Source: the human T2T-CHM13v2.0 reference genome, Homo sapiens
Length of the DNA: 64,000 nucleotides
Strand: one strand, 5' to 3'
Assembly (NCBI RefSeq): GCF_009914755.1
Contig: NC_060926.1
Part shown: in pieces, positions 1-17,096 of the stretch
How positions within the stretch are numbered: position 1 is the first letter of the stretch
Layout of the letters: the number at the start of each line of letters is the position of its first letter
The notes under the pieces: generated by a model
What the model was told of the DNA's origin: nothing
What the model saw: the letters and a program-made list of their open reading frames with translations, nothing else
The model's database searches: none
Translations under genes and position numbers: made by a program

Positions 1-199
1 AGCAATTTTGGCAAAGAGATTGAAATGAAAAGAGTTGAATGGAACTATATAAAGAGTGCCTAATGGATGTGTCAGTAGACTCAACACAGCTGAAGAAATA
101 ATGAGTGAACTTGAAGACAGGTCAATAGAAATTGCCCAAACTGAAAAGAGAAAGAGAAAAAAAGAGTGGGGAAAAAAGAGCAGAGCATTGAAATGCTGT

Positions 200-202
<3 letters not shown>

Positions 203-238
<36 letters not shown>
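203..238. repeat. (CA)n microsatellite
   Basis: Read directly. Confidence 0.95.
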
Positions 239-240
<2 letters not shown>

Positions 241-724
241 CCCTCTCATATTCAAACCAAAGGAAATATAGACAATTATGAAGGCAGCCAGACAAAAACA
301 GACACATTACATACTAAGGACCAAAGATACAAAATTCATAACATTTGTCATCAAAATCTATACAAATGAGAAGACAATGGAAGAGCATCTTTAAAGTGCT
401 GGGAGAAACACACAGTAAACCCAGAATACTACATTCAGTAAAAATAAAATATTGTTTTAAAAACTAAATAAGATTAAAACTTTTTAGGCAAAGAAAAACA
501 GAGATTCAGTACCAGTAGATTTGTACGACATGAAATGTTAAACAAAACAAAATAAAACAAAAGATCTCCTGGCAGAAGGAATATGATAACAGAGAAAAAC
601 CTGATCTACACAAAGAAAGGAAGATCTCTGAAAATGATTAAAAGGAATTTGAATATGAAATACATATTTTTGCCTCATCCTTATTTACTAGACGGTATTT
701 AATTGCCAAAAACAGAAATAGTAG

Positions 725-1147
725 TGGAAAAGAAAAATAAATGTTGCAGTCCCCAGGTCACTAAGCTAAAGGGAAAAGTCAAGCCTGTAACAGCTTAGAG
801 ACAACCTGCCTCCCATTCTATTCAAAGTCACCCCTATGCTCACTGAGATAACTACATATCTGATTGCCTCCTTTGGAGAGGCTAATCAGAAACTCAAACC
901 CACTTGGAGTCTTCCTACCTTTGCTTCAAGCTGTCCTGCCTTTCCAGACCGAACCAATGTTCATGTTACATATGTTGATTAATATCTCATATCTCCCTTA
1001 AATGAATAAAACCAAACTGTGCTCTGACCACCTTGGGCACATGTCGTCAGATCCTCCTGAGGCTGTGCCATGCATGCGTATCCTCAACCTTGTCAAAATA
1101 AACTTTCTAAATTAACTGAGACCTGTTTCAGATTTTTGAGGTTCACA
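725..1147 (+). mobile_element. ERV1 solo LTR, MER4A-like
   Basis: TG...CA termini with 4-bp TSD gtag (721-724, 1148-1151); MER4-type 3' end aataaactttctaaattaactgagacctg. Confidence 0.8.
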
Positions 1148-3802
1148 GTAGCAAAGTATAGAGAGTTTATAGAATAGATAAAATAATATATGACAACTGT
1201 AGCACAAAACATGAGAGGCAGAGTTTGGCAGTTCGTTGTTGCAAGGTTCTTACAGTACATATGATGTTGTAGAGTATAACATTGACAATAGACTGTGATT
1301 ACTTAAAGTTGTATATTGTAAACACTAGCGTAACTAATAAAAAATTTTAAATGAGTCATAAGCCAATAGTGGAGATAAAATGGAACGTAAAAACACACAA
1401 TAAGTCTGTAAGTAAATAGGGGAAAAAAGAAAAGAAAAAGGGGACTAAGAACAGTTGGAACACAGAAAAAACATAGGAAGATAGTAGATTTTAATCCAAC
1501 CAAAGCAATGATCACATTAAATTTAAATGTCCTAAAAACAGCAATTAAAACACAGGGATTGCCAGATTGTATAAAATAGCAGCACCAACTGTAATATCTA
1601 TAAGAAAAATAAGTTAAATATAAACACAATTTAAATATAAAGACATAGATAAAAGTATAGAAAAATCATATCATACAAACATTAGCCCCCCCAAAAAAGC
1701 TGGAGTGATTATATGAGTATCAGATGAATATTACATAATGAAAAGATATTAATTAAGATTAAGACAATATAATAATCCTAAATATGTAGGCACCTAAAAA
1801 CAGAGATTCAAAATACATGATACAAAACTGATAAAATTGAAAGGATAAATAGATAAATTCTCAAATATATTTGGAGATTTCAACATTGCCTTCTCAATAG
1901 TACATAAAGCAAGTAGACAGAAAATTACTGACAATATAGAAAACCCAAGCAATATGACCTGAATTAATTTACATAATCTAATTGACATTTATAGAATACT
2001 TAATGACAACAGAATATTCTTTTCAAATACACATGACATATTCATCAAGATAGACCATATTCTTGGCATAAAACATACCACAACAAATTTAAATAATTGA
2101 GATACAAAATATGTTTTCTAATCACAACACAACAGAGTTAAGCTTTGTTTCAACAATAGAAAGATATCTGAATAAACTCCAAATATATGATAATTAAATA
2201 ACCTACTTCTAACCTATTTCCTTCAAAGAGGAAATTACAGAGAAATTTAAAAAATATATTTTGAATTAAATAAAAAAAAATCATCTATCAAAATTTGTGG
2301 GATGCAACTACAGCAGTGTTTAGAGGAAAATTTATAGCATTAAGTGCTTATATTAGAAAAGAAGAGAGGTTTCAAATTAACAGTCTCAGCTTCCACATTT
2401 GAAAACTTAGGAACAGCTGGCTCAGGAAAATTGACTTACTTCTGGCCAAACTGACCAAGAAAAACAACAACAAAAAAGAAAAGACACAAATTACTAGTAT
2501 CAGAAATAAAAGTGGGGACACATCACTAAGGATCCTACAAATGTTAAAAACATATTAATAAAACACTCTAAGAGTTTATGTCCATAAATTCAGTTATTTA
2601 AATGAACAAATTCCTTGAAAAATGCAAGCTCATAAACAGAAGAAAAGAATGAGAAAAGGAAGAAAAAGAAAAATGGAAGTTCTATAGCTATCAAAATAAT
2701 TGAATCAGTAGTTAAAAGCCTTCCAACAAAGAAAAAAGTCCAGACTCAGATGGCGTCTCTGAAAAATTCTACCAAACATTTTAAATAGTTTGTATCACAT
2801 TTTATGAGGTTAGTACTACCCTGTTACTAAAGTCAGATTAAGATATTACAAGAGAAGAAAACTGTAGAGGATGAACATGAATACATAAATGAATAAATAA
2901 TACAAAATATTAACAAATTGGATTCAGCGATATATGAAAAGGATAATACCACATGACCAACTTGAATTAATACCAACAATGCAAAGCTGCCTCAGCTTTT
3001 ACAAATCCATTAATGTAATTTACATAACAACAGACTAAAGGGGAGAAACCACATGTTTTTTCTCAATAGATGCAAATCAGGCATTAGTCAAAATTCAACC
3101 TTCATTTATTATAAAAACTCCCAAACAGCTAGAAAGAGAAGGTAACTCCCTCAACCTGACAAAAGGCATCTAGAAAAGATCAATGGATAACAGTTAAGAG
3201 TGAAAGATTGATGTCCCCCTAAGATCTGGGTATATGGCAAGGGTGTCCACCCTCATCACTGTTCTGAACATTGTACTGGATGTACTAGCAAGGTAAAAAG
3301 GCAAGAATGATAAATAACAGATATACAGCATGGAAACACAGAAATAAAACTGTCTTTAGTCACAGTCAACATTATTGTTGACTTAGAAAATCTCAATCTA
3401 CAAAATTGTTGCGAGAACTAACAAGGAAATTGAACAAGGTTGCAGAATACAAAAACCAATTGTGATTCTATGTATTAGCAATAAATAATTGGACAGTAAG
3501 GATTTTTAAAGTACCATTTATGATAGTACCAAAATATTACAAAATGCATAGGTATAAATAAAAAAATGTAATATCTGTGTGCTAAAACCTACAAAAGACT
3601 AAAAAAAAAATTTAAATGATCTAAATAAATGAGGAGAGGAGAAATACCATGTCCATGGACAGAAAGACTTAATATTGTTAAGATATCTATTATCCCAAGA
3701 TCTAGCTATAAATAAAATAAAAATAAAAAATTCTTGTAAAAATTTTTCCCCCAGAAATAAACTTCTTAAATCTATATGAAAGTGCAAGGGAATCAGACTG
3801 TA

Positions 3803-3821
3803 CTCTCTCTCTCTTTCTCTC

Positions 3822-3880
<59 letters not shown>
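3803..3880. repeat. Compound (CT)n(GT)n(AT)n microsatellite
   Basis: Read directly. Confidence 0.95.
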
Positions 3881-3883
<3 letters not shown>

Positions 3884-3935
3884 AATTTTAACAAAGTTGA
3901 AGTATTCACACCACCTGGGCCTAAGAAATACTATA

Positions 3936-4332
<397 letters not shown>

Positions 4333-6093
4333 TTAAGATATCCAGGAAATTAGGATAAGGAGGAAAAATGAACCACAACTTGTGCTTTGCACAAATACCA
4401 TATTGACTCAAAATAGATGATAATCCTAAGTAAGAAACCTAAAACCATAAAATTTCTATATAAAAAGTCTGGAGATAATCCTTGTGGCCTTGGATTAGGC
4501 AAAGATTTCTTATATATGACATTAAAAGCACAATTTCTAAGAGAAAAAATTGATAAATCTGACTTCATCAAAATTATAAGTTTCTGCTCACTGAAAAGCA
4601 CTGAAAGATGTTAGAATGAAAGACAAGCACAGGCTGAGAGAAGATATTTGTAAAACACACACCTGATAAAGGATGAGTATCCAAAACATATGAGGAACTC
4701 TCAGAAGTTGATAACAAACCAAAAACCCAATAAAATAAGGAAAATATTTGAACGGGTACTTCACCAAAGAAGATATGTGATGGAAAAAAGCACTGATAAG
4801 ATGCTCAGTAACATTTGTCATTAAAGAAATGAAGCCAAAACTACAATGAGATAATTTTTTTATCAACACTAAAATTGCTTAAAGAAAGAAAGAAAAGAAA
4901 AATACTGAATACTACCAAAGGCCAGCAACAATGCAAAGCAACAAAACCATGCATTGCTTTTAGAAATGCAAAATGTTATGTCGTTTGGGAAAATAAGTTT
5001 ACTGTATCTCATCAAATAAAACATACACTATTTATCACATGACCTAGCAATTCCACTTCTAGGTATTTAAAAATGAAATGAAATCTTATATTTACACAGA
5101 AGTTTGTATTCAAATGTTTAAAAGTAGCTTCATTTATAAATGTCAAAGACTAGAAATGACCTACTCCTTCAACAGGTAAATGAATAAAGAAAATGTGGTA
5201 CATCCACAGAATAGAATACTACTCAGCAATAAAAAGGAGCCAAGTACTGATACATGCAATGACATGCATTATGCTATGATAAATAAAAGAAGTCAGATTG
5301 CATCGTGTATGATTCCATTTATGTGACACCTGGAAAAGGCAAAACTATAGAAAAAGAAATCAGTGGTTGATGGGGTGTGGAGATAGGGTACTAGGATGAC
5401 TACAAAGGGGCATGAGGGAATTTAGTGATTTAACGAAACTGTTGAGTATGTATTTTTATGTTAGTGGTTATTTCACAATTATATATATTTGTTAAAACGA
5501 AATTATCCACTTAAAATTATAAATTTTACTCTATATAAATATACCTCAAAAATTCTGATACACACACACACACACAAACATACACACACACACTTAGAGA
5601 CCATTATTCCAGAATGGTGAGACAAGAGATAGGGATCAAATCAGGAGATATCAGTTACTTGTCACTGTACTACATTGGAGATTGGAGGCTCATAAACTAC
5701 ATTCAGACTTGTTAAATTAATCCTCTCCAGCTGTCCCATTTGCTGGTGAGTTTCAGACCTCTTCCATTTGACAAAATTAAGATACTGTCATGACCAAACC
5801 AACACCCTACTAGCAACATACTTGAATGTCTTCAGTAGGAGTTGTACCTCATACATTCTTTCTCATCAGTGGAACACACCCAGCAAGGCCTTCTGGCCTT
5901 TATGGAAAATCATCTTTTTCATGTAAAAAAATGGCATGTTTTTTAAACTGGCAGAAGTACTGCATAATAAAGGAAAGCATGTATACTAGAAATGTGTTGA
6001 GTATTCCTGCAATAAGTAGGGTTGGGATTCACAATTTTAATTGTTTAATGGGAGAAAAAGGCAATTTAAGGAGCAAAATAAGTGAGAATACAT

Positions 6094-7110
6094 AAAACTA
6101 GAAAGTTTCTGCAAAGCAAAGGAAACAACAGAGTGAAAAGGCACCCTATGGAATGGGAGAAAATATTTGCAAACTATACATCTGATAAGGGTTAATTTCC
6201 AAAATATGCAAGGAATTCTTACAACTCAACAGCAAAATAAAAACAAATTAAGCTGGTTAAAAATGGGCAAAGGACTTGAATAGACATTTCTCTAAAGAAC
6301 ACATACAAATGTCAATGGGTATATGAAAAGGTACTCAACACATTAATCATCAGAGAAATCCAAATAAAAACCACAATCCAATATCAAATTTTACCAGTCA
6401 AGATGGTTATTATAGAAGACAAAACAAAACAAAGATACCAAATGCTGGGGGAGTATGTAGAGAATGTGGAACCCTTATACACTGTGGGCAGAAATGTAAA
6501 ATGGTATAGCCACTGTAGAAAACAGAATGGAAGTTTTTCCAAAAACTAAGAATAGAACAACTACCAAATGATTCAGTAATCCCACTGTTGAGTATATATC
6601 CAAAAGAAATGAAAGCAGGATCTGAAAGAGCTATGTAAACTGCAGCATTTACTACAGCATTATTCACAATGGCCAATATTTGGAAATAACCCAAATGTCC
6701 ATCATCAGGGGAATGGATAGAGAAAATGTGGGATAAGACACAACATAATATTAGTCAGCCTTTAAAAAGAAGGAAATACTACCATTTGTAACAAAATGGA
6801 TGAGACCTGGAAGATCTGCTAAGATGAATAAATTCTAGAGATCTGCTGTACAATGTAGCGCCTATAGTTAACAATATGGTATTGTACACTTAAAAACTTG
6901 TTAAGTGGATAGATCATATGCTAAGTATTCTTACCACAATATAAAAAAAATTTTAAAAGACAAGGAGAGTGCTGGATGTGTTTATTACCTTATTTGTAGT
7001 GACAGTATCATGAGTGTATGTATATGTCCAAATTCATCAAAATGTATACATTAAATATGTGCAACTTTTAAAAATTAAATATAACTCAATAAAGCTGAAA
7101 AAAAGAACAA
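6094..7110 (+). mobile_element. L1MA-type 3' fragment
   Basis: gaatgggagaaaatatttgcaaac and other L1 3' motifs, ending in aataaa plus an A-rich tail. Confidence 0.8.
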
Positions 7111-8295
7111 AGTACAAAATGAGAAAAGAACTGAAAAATGTAAAATCTAAAAGAAATTTAGATTATTTACTTCAGATGGGAAAATACTACTTTAACATTT
7201 GTCTGGAAGTAATGCTTTCTTTGAAGTGTTTTTGTTTAAGTGTTCTTTTTATGGAGGATTTCCACATTTCAATAATGGTGAAAGGCTCTGAATTTCAGCA
7301 GAGTAGACTGATATAAAATATAACAAAGAATTTTCTTAATAGTAAGCTTTGTTAATACAGAACTTTATAACACTAGGTCAGGGTTTCCAAAGGAGCTATT
7401 TAGAAAGAGAATATGAAGTTGAACACACACTCCCATAGTTTAAATATTGCTTGCTTTAATGAGAGGTGACTAAGTAGAAAAACTTTTCAACTTTCAATTA
7501 GTCTATTCATACTTTTATGAATTTATATAAAAATAACAATATTTAAGTTTAACTTAAGTTCAGGAAGAACTGAGAAAAAGAACAATTAAATTTCTTGGGA
7601 AAATTGATAGAATAAAATTAAAAGACCTATCAGTTTAGATTCAGATTAAGTGACATTTTGATTTCAGATTTCCTTTTGTTCAAAAGTTATAGGTTCTGTT
7701 CATTTTCGACCTTGATTTTAACACTTCAGTTCATGGATGGATTGAAAGGTACTCAACAGCACTAATCCAAAACAATCTAAATATTTAGTTTCAGTTTGAT
7801 TACATATTCATAATTTGCACTTGTTTGAGGATCATTATTTGATTCAAGTTCTTAGTTGTGCATATTTTCTCAATTAAGCGATGCCTTTCTTGAGTTTGAA
7901 GTCAAGGACAGAGATTCAACAAATGCTTACTCTAATCTATTGGAAATGACCCTACTATTTTGAGAATTTATTATGTAGAAATGGCTTATTGATAAGCAGT
8001 ATTTCCTGTTACTCCCAATTTGGAGAGGGCAGACTTCTTATCATGGGAAGATCATGCAAGTATTTCCAAAAGGATAGATAAAATAATGTGAAAATTAAAA
8101 ATAAAGTTGTCAGCAGTGAATGCATCAAAGTGAGCCATTCATGAAAGAAAGAGAGAAAGCTCCAAAGATAAGACAGTAAGAAGGAGTGCCCTGCCTAGAA
8201 TAACTTAAACATTCATCAGAATGGACCAATATTGATATTTATATATTAGAAAATAAATAAGTACATAAAAATTAATTAGCACTCATTGAACCTAC

Positions 8296-8480
8296 CTGAG
8301 CAAGAGGCTTACTTTCACATAATGTATCATACTGGAAGAATTTGTCCAGCCCATGCTCCTTGGTAAAATGTTCAGACTCATCAGAGAAGAGGACAGCATC
8401 CCCATCAAAGGCTACACGGAGCTGAGTGTCACAGTAAGCCATGTCTTTGGCTCCATCAAACATTGTCGCAGAGGCAATAC
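8296..8480 (-). CDS. NT5C1B: NT5C1B exon 9 with the HAD motif-I-like FDGDAVLF; the final exon lies beyond the window start
   Basis: cag acceptor, 185 nt phase 1-0, CAG|gtagg donor; overlaps ORF 8272..8523. Confidence 0.95.
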
Positions 8481-8884
8481 CTGATAGATCATGGAGACTG
8501 ATTAATACTCTTCTCAGGTCCATGAGTTATAGTTTCTACCATTAAAAAAAACAAATTCTCCCAGACCTTATGTTTTCTCTCTAGCTATTACCTGATGGCT
8601 CAACTCCTCTTCACAACCACAGACCTCAGAACAGTTGTCTATGCACTGCCTCTGTTTCTATAGGGATGGAACATGTGAAATGGATTGTAGGACAATTACT
8701 GAGGATGTCCATTTCCAGGAAAGTCAAAGCTCTAAAGGACAGACTTAAGTGTTGCCCCATGTGGAAAAACTTCAGAAGAATATCCAACAAGACCATAAGC
8801 CTCATAATCATACGCGAAACTTAATGTAAGTCACCATTAGTGTAAACCTCTTTATTAACTAGAGGAATAAAATCAGACTAATAC

Positions 8885-9007
8885 CTTCTTGTATTGCCTC
8901 TTGCACTTTTTCAGAATCTGCAGCAATATACAAGTTGGTAAGATATGCCTTCAAATAGCCAATGGGGTCTTTTCCCCCGGTCAGACAGAAGCGGTCAATC
9001 AGTAAGC
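8885..9007 (-). CDS. NT5C1B: NT5C1B exon 8 ([40 protein letters not shown])
   Basis: tag acceptor, 123 nt phase 1-1, G|gtat donor. Confidence 0.95.
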
Positions 9008-9483
9008 CTATTATCAGGCAAGAAAGACTTTGTTATGACAGAGATTAAAGACAAAATGCCGTAAATCCAAGTAAAAGTTACCTTAGAGATAACTGAGTTT
9101 ATTTGTAAATTCAACTGGCTTTATTTGTGAACCTAAAGGAAAGTTACCTTAGAAATAAACTTTAAAAATCATCTTATGGTACCAATATTTAAAATTCCTC
9201 AACTATTTTATGTAATAGTGGTTGTATTTGGTACATTACAGTTTATGGGCATAGTATATTCACATAGATCATGCCATTTTATTCTCACAAACATACTGAA
9301 GGTATTATTATCTTCATTACAGGAAAGGAAAGTTAGACAAAAAGACTTATCTAACACACTGATTTAGATGCATAGAGCAGACTTGAGCCCAAGTGTTTGA
9401 CTCTTGTCTGGGCTAGAACAGGGTACTTTTTCTTGAACTACAGCCTCCTCACTAACTGTAAAGGTCTATTAAGATGTGGCTCT

Positions 9484-9534
9484 CGAGATCGCGCCACTGC
9501 ACTCCAGCCTGGTGAAAGAGCAAGACTCTGTCTC

Positions 9535-9563
<29 letters not shown>
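9484..9563 (+). mobile_element. Heavily 5'-truncated Alu with a long pure A tail
   Basis: cgagatcgcgccactgcactccagcctgg...tctc followed by ~29 A. Confidence 0.9.
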
Positions 9564-9566
<3 letters not shown>

Positions 9567-9569
9567 TCT

Positions 9570-13180
<3,611 letters not shown>

Positions 13181-14985
13181 GAATTATCATCATTCAACAT
13201 TAATATAACATCAAATGCTTTTTTAAATCAGTAACAATTACAAAAAAACACTGGCTGTTTGTAAGAGGTTTATAAAATATGCACCTTCATATACTACGGG
13301 TAAAAGTGTACATTGGTACAAGCTGTCTAGAAAGTGATTTGATGATATGCAATATGTATCAAGAGCTTTTAACAGGTTTGTACCTTTTGACCTAAGATTC
13401 CTTTTTTTTAAAAAAAGGAATATTCTGAAATTCTGATAACGATTTCTACAGAAAGGTCTCAGTTTAGGGTTATTTATAAAAGCAAAACATGTTCAACAAT
13501 GTGACAGTAGTTATATAAAGTATAGGATTATTCATATGATAAAATATTCAGAGGTTTTTTTTTTAGATATATGATAAACTGGGTAGCTGCACATGATATA
13601 AAGCAGAATACTGTGTCTAGTTAGTTGTTTGTCATCTGTATGGACCAAGAGAGTAGGTCAGGTCCATTAACTGTCTTGGTGGAAGTATCTGCTTTGGTAT
13701 TAGAAAATGCTCTCATTTTTTCACTTATGTCAATATTGGGCATATGTGGCACAAAAGTGTATTCTACAAATCCCTAAATCATATGAATTTCATCACCCAG
13801 AAATTATTTGGTGACACTGAGACTCCAGAAATGATTAAAGCATCATCCCTCTTCTTAAGGAGATCACAGTTCACTGAGGAGCCTGGCATGTAAAACATTT
13901 GTTATAATAAAGACCCTGGCAGACGGAGATACGAATTGCTTTCAGTACCCAGAGAAGGAAGTAACTAACTCTTCTGGGTCAAAAGATTTTTATTCCATGA
14001 ACAAGGCTGCATGAGAAGGTTGTACACAATCAGTTCATCAGCAGAATTAACAGGTGAATAACTGATTTCTTATGCTTCCAGCCTTGATAGGTCAGCGTGG
14101 TGAGGGATAGATAGACCTCAATCACCTACTAAATCAATTAAGGCTATGTGTTGTTAAATACTAGCTGTTGTTTACTAGATGATTGCTATATGCCACTCAT
14201 CTATGTTAAATTTTTATGTTCTCTCTTTTTACTTCATAACACTATGAAGACTGCACTTTTAAAAGGCAAAAAAATTTAAAATGTGCTTCAATGATTCCAG
14301 CCTTATAGTTAGAATAATATAAAGTAAAACTCATAACTTATATCTCGATTATTTGTAAATATGCCCAATTTAAATGTTATTTTAACTTCACATACCCATT
14401 TAGAAAATAGGCTAATTGTGCCCAAAATAATTCAGGTAGTTCCATAATAGGAAAAGTTGGAACTTTCTCTTAAAGTCCCCAACACACTGATAGAAACACT
14501 GAAGAGACTAGAATCAATCAAATTTTCTATGTAAATTATTTTATGTGTGGGGAGAGAGAGCAGCCGGGGACAATCAGATTTTAAGAGTGGAAAGGAGAGG
14601 TGAAAACCTTTAAACCTTTAACACAAATCTGTGGTGAGCAAGAAGTTTGATCACACAGTAAAAGCCTTTGGGTTGACGGCTTCTTGAAGTCAAGTTCAGA
14701 AGTGAAAAACATACAACAGAGAAATATATTGCAGGACCTAGGATTAAGACTTTGAAATTCACACTTGACAAGTTAAGTCCAGAGCTTTGAGCCCAACTCT
14801 GTGCTGAAGTTAAAAATGAACGTGGCCTCTCTTGTTCTGACATAGGCAAATAAACATTCCTGGCGCAGAAGGGGGTGTCAGTATCAAAGACACTGCATTT
14901 GGTTAAGCCACAGTTAGCAAAATAACATGGCTTCTCTCTTTCAGAGCGGAGAGCTGGTCTTCCACATGGTATTTATTTTACTTAC

Positions 14986-15115
14986 CGTAGTGATTGACGC
15001 TGTTTATAAGCCGCACTCCCACTTGGGCATGGTTATTAGTCATCAGTACAATATCAAATAAGTCCTGTTCATCAGGATATAGATCACGGAGTCTAGCATT
15101 GACATACTGTAGTGC
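14986..15115 (-). CDS. NT5C1B: NT5C1B exon 7 ([44 protein letters not shown])
   Basis: ctgcag acceptor, 130 nt phase 0-1, G|gtaag donor. Confidence 0.95.
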
Positions 15116-15484
15116 CTGCAGGTTACAAACATGAATGTGTGTAAAGAGGGGCAGGCAGGGTGGATCTGGGGAGGCCGGAGAGGAAGCATCTCATCAGAGT
15201 CAAATTCAAGCTCTGAAGAATCTTCACTGAGAGATTCTGGCTCCTTTAAGGAAGATTTATCCCATGCATTTCTGTATTATCAACCTCTCATTCATAGGAA
15301 CTCAGTTAATGTTCACAATACATGAGTAATGTTTGTTGAAAATTGTTTCCACTTTGGGTTCACTAGAATTATCTCTGGGGGACAGGTAGAGAGTAGGGTC
15401 AGGCTAACCCTTTTATGCTTTGTCTATGTTTGATTTTTAAAATCTGCTTTTATCGATCATCTAATGATTGTTTTTTTTATTTTG

Positions 15485-15586
15485 AAAAATATGGACTGCT
15501 TCATGAATCTGCATGTCATCTTGCCCAGAGGTCATGCAAATCGTCTCTCTTTTGTTCCAATTTTAGTATATATTCTGTCAGAGTAC
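15485..15586 (-). pseudogene. U6 snRNA retropseudogene in NT5C1B intron 6
   Basis: Reverse complement resembles U6 (ATATACTAAAATTGGAAC...GATGACATGCAGATTCATGAAGCAGTCCATATTTTT); the T-run at 15471-15483 is the A tail. Confidence 0.9.
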
Positions 15587-15637
15587 TTTATGTATTAACA
15601 TGTATCCTGCCCATGCTTTTACTGTGTCTCATAAGTA

Positions 15638-16074
15638 CATTCTACCAACAACTTGTAGAGGTGTCATTTGTTTTTGCATGGTTATGATGTTATTGTGTAA
15701 TATTTATATAAGCAGATCAAAGTTGTAAGTGCTATACATTTCAGTGTAAGTTCAGAGAACCTTACCTTCTCTATTAAAGTCACACTCCTAAGTGCCAAGG
15801 GCATCTTTATTTTCTTAATATGCTATGTTTGGGGCCAGAAGAGCTAACGTGAATTTCATTTCACTGTAATATGGCGTTTTATTTCTACTACTCAGGATCA
15901 TAAACTCATTATGGCTTCTTAGCACTCCTTCGAGGGAGAGAGGTTTCTGTTACAAGTCTCATGATTAGGACTTCACTTAGGGAAGACTAACATACCAAAT
16001 CTAGGGCTGTGGGCTGGAGTCCCTTCCTCCACGGTCTGGAAGCCTGTGCGAAATCATAAACTGACCTGGGTCAG
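15638..16074 (+). repeat. Local direct duplication, copy A (intron 6)
   Basis: Aligns along its full length with 22805-23254. Confidence 0.92.
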
Positions 16075-16205
16075 CTAGAAGGAGACAAGAATGACAAGGG
16101 TGGGCTAGGAATGATCTGGGAAATTGGATGCCCTCCCAAGGGTTGGCCTGGGTCCCTCCCTCGCCATCGAGTGTCCTGGCGGGCCAAAGACAGCTTGCAG
16201 AATAC

Positions 16206-16373
16206 CTTGACGAAGCGGAACGCCGGGCCCGGGGTCAGGATGACGTTCTCATTGGTGAGCTGATACTCCATGTACTTTTCCAGACCCTCTTGCTCGTAGA
16301 TTTTCCTGCCGTCCACCATGTTGAAGAGCGCGCAGGATGAGAGAGCAATGGTGATGGCGTTCTTGGGTTTGGG
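16206..16373 (-). CDS. NT5C1B: NT5C1B exon 6 (PKPKNAITIALSSCALFNMVDG...PAFRFVK), start of the cN-I nucleotidase domain
   Basis: ctgcag acceptor, 168 nt, AAG|gtatt donor; overlaps ORF 16071..16319. Confidence 0.95.
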
Positions 16374-16631
16374 CTGCAGAGAGGGACGCCAAAGGGAGGA
16401 TAGTCACATAGCCACGAAGAGGACAGGGTTGGGGCTCCTCCAGGGTAGGGTGAGAGTAGGACAGCGGGCCCCTGCTTGGAGAAGCGGGATGCTGGAGACA
16501 GCTGAGGCTGGGACTCCCCGAAGTTTGGGGAGGAGAAGCGGGAGGACCTCCCTGCGCAGTGGAGAGGAGGGCGGCTGGAAGAGGCTGCAAGGAAGGGCGC
16601 CCCGGCTGCCAGGGGCGGCGGGCTGGCTCAC

Positions 16632-17096
16632 CGGCCAGGGGCGCGAGCAGCTCGGGTTCTTCTCGTAGAACGACCTCATGGATGCCCAGTAGGCAGCCTC
16701 GTAGTCGTCCTCGTCCTCCCGCTGCTGCTGCTGCTGCTCGGACAGAGAGTTGCGGTCCAGCTGGGTGGAGGCGGGGTAGATCCCCCTGCGCTGGCTGGAG
16801 GACTTCCACTCGGTGGGGGACGTGCGCGAATATTCCAGCGGCTGCGAGTCCCGGGTCTGGCGGATTTCCCGCACGATGCCTTGGGCCCAGGCCTCCGGAT
16901 TCTCTTGCATTTTGGTGCTGCGCCGGGAGCCAGGATCGGGCTCTGGGGGCGTGGGAGGCCGCGAGTCCAGCGACTGGGGCAGCTGGGGCGACGCGGGTGG
17001 CTGGAGCTAGGGCTGCCCGGACAGCGGCGGCGGTGAGGAGTCATGCAGGCTTGGGGAGGTGGATGGAGTCCGGGAGCTCGTGGAGCTGCTGGGGAG
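16632..17096 (-). CDS. NT5C1B: NT5C1B exon 5 (Pro/Ser-rich region, Q5 tract); contains an in-frame TAG at 17007-17009 in this sequence
   Basis: ctgcag acceptor, 465 nt, CCG|gtgag donor; reads LPSSSTSSRTP...GQP*LQPP...MQENPEAW...SRPWP. Confidence 0.92.

Noticed and set aside
8272-8295. Read-through of the exon 9 donor (VGSMSAN*) as an alternative last exon
   Set aside because: The donor is strong, and downstream AATAAA hexamers are expected by chance in AT-rich intron
16722-16738. CAG tract encoding Q5 in exon 5
   Set aside because: Too short to suggest an expansion
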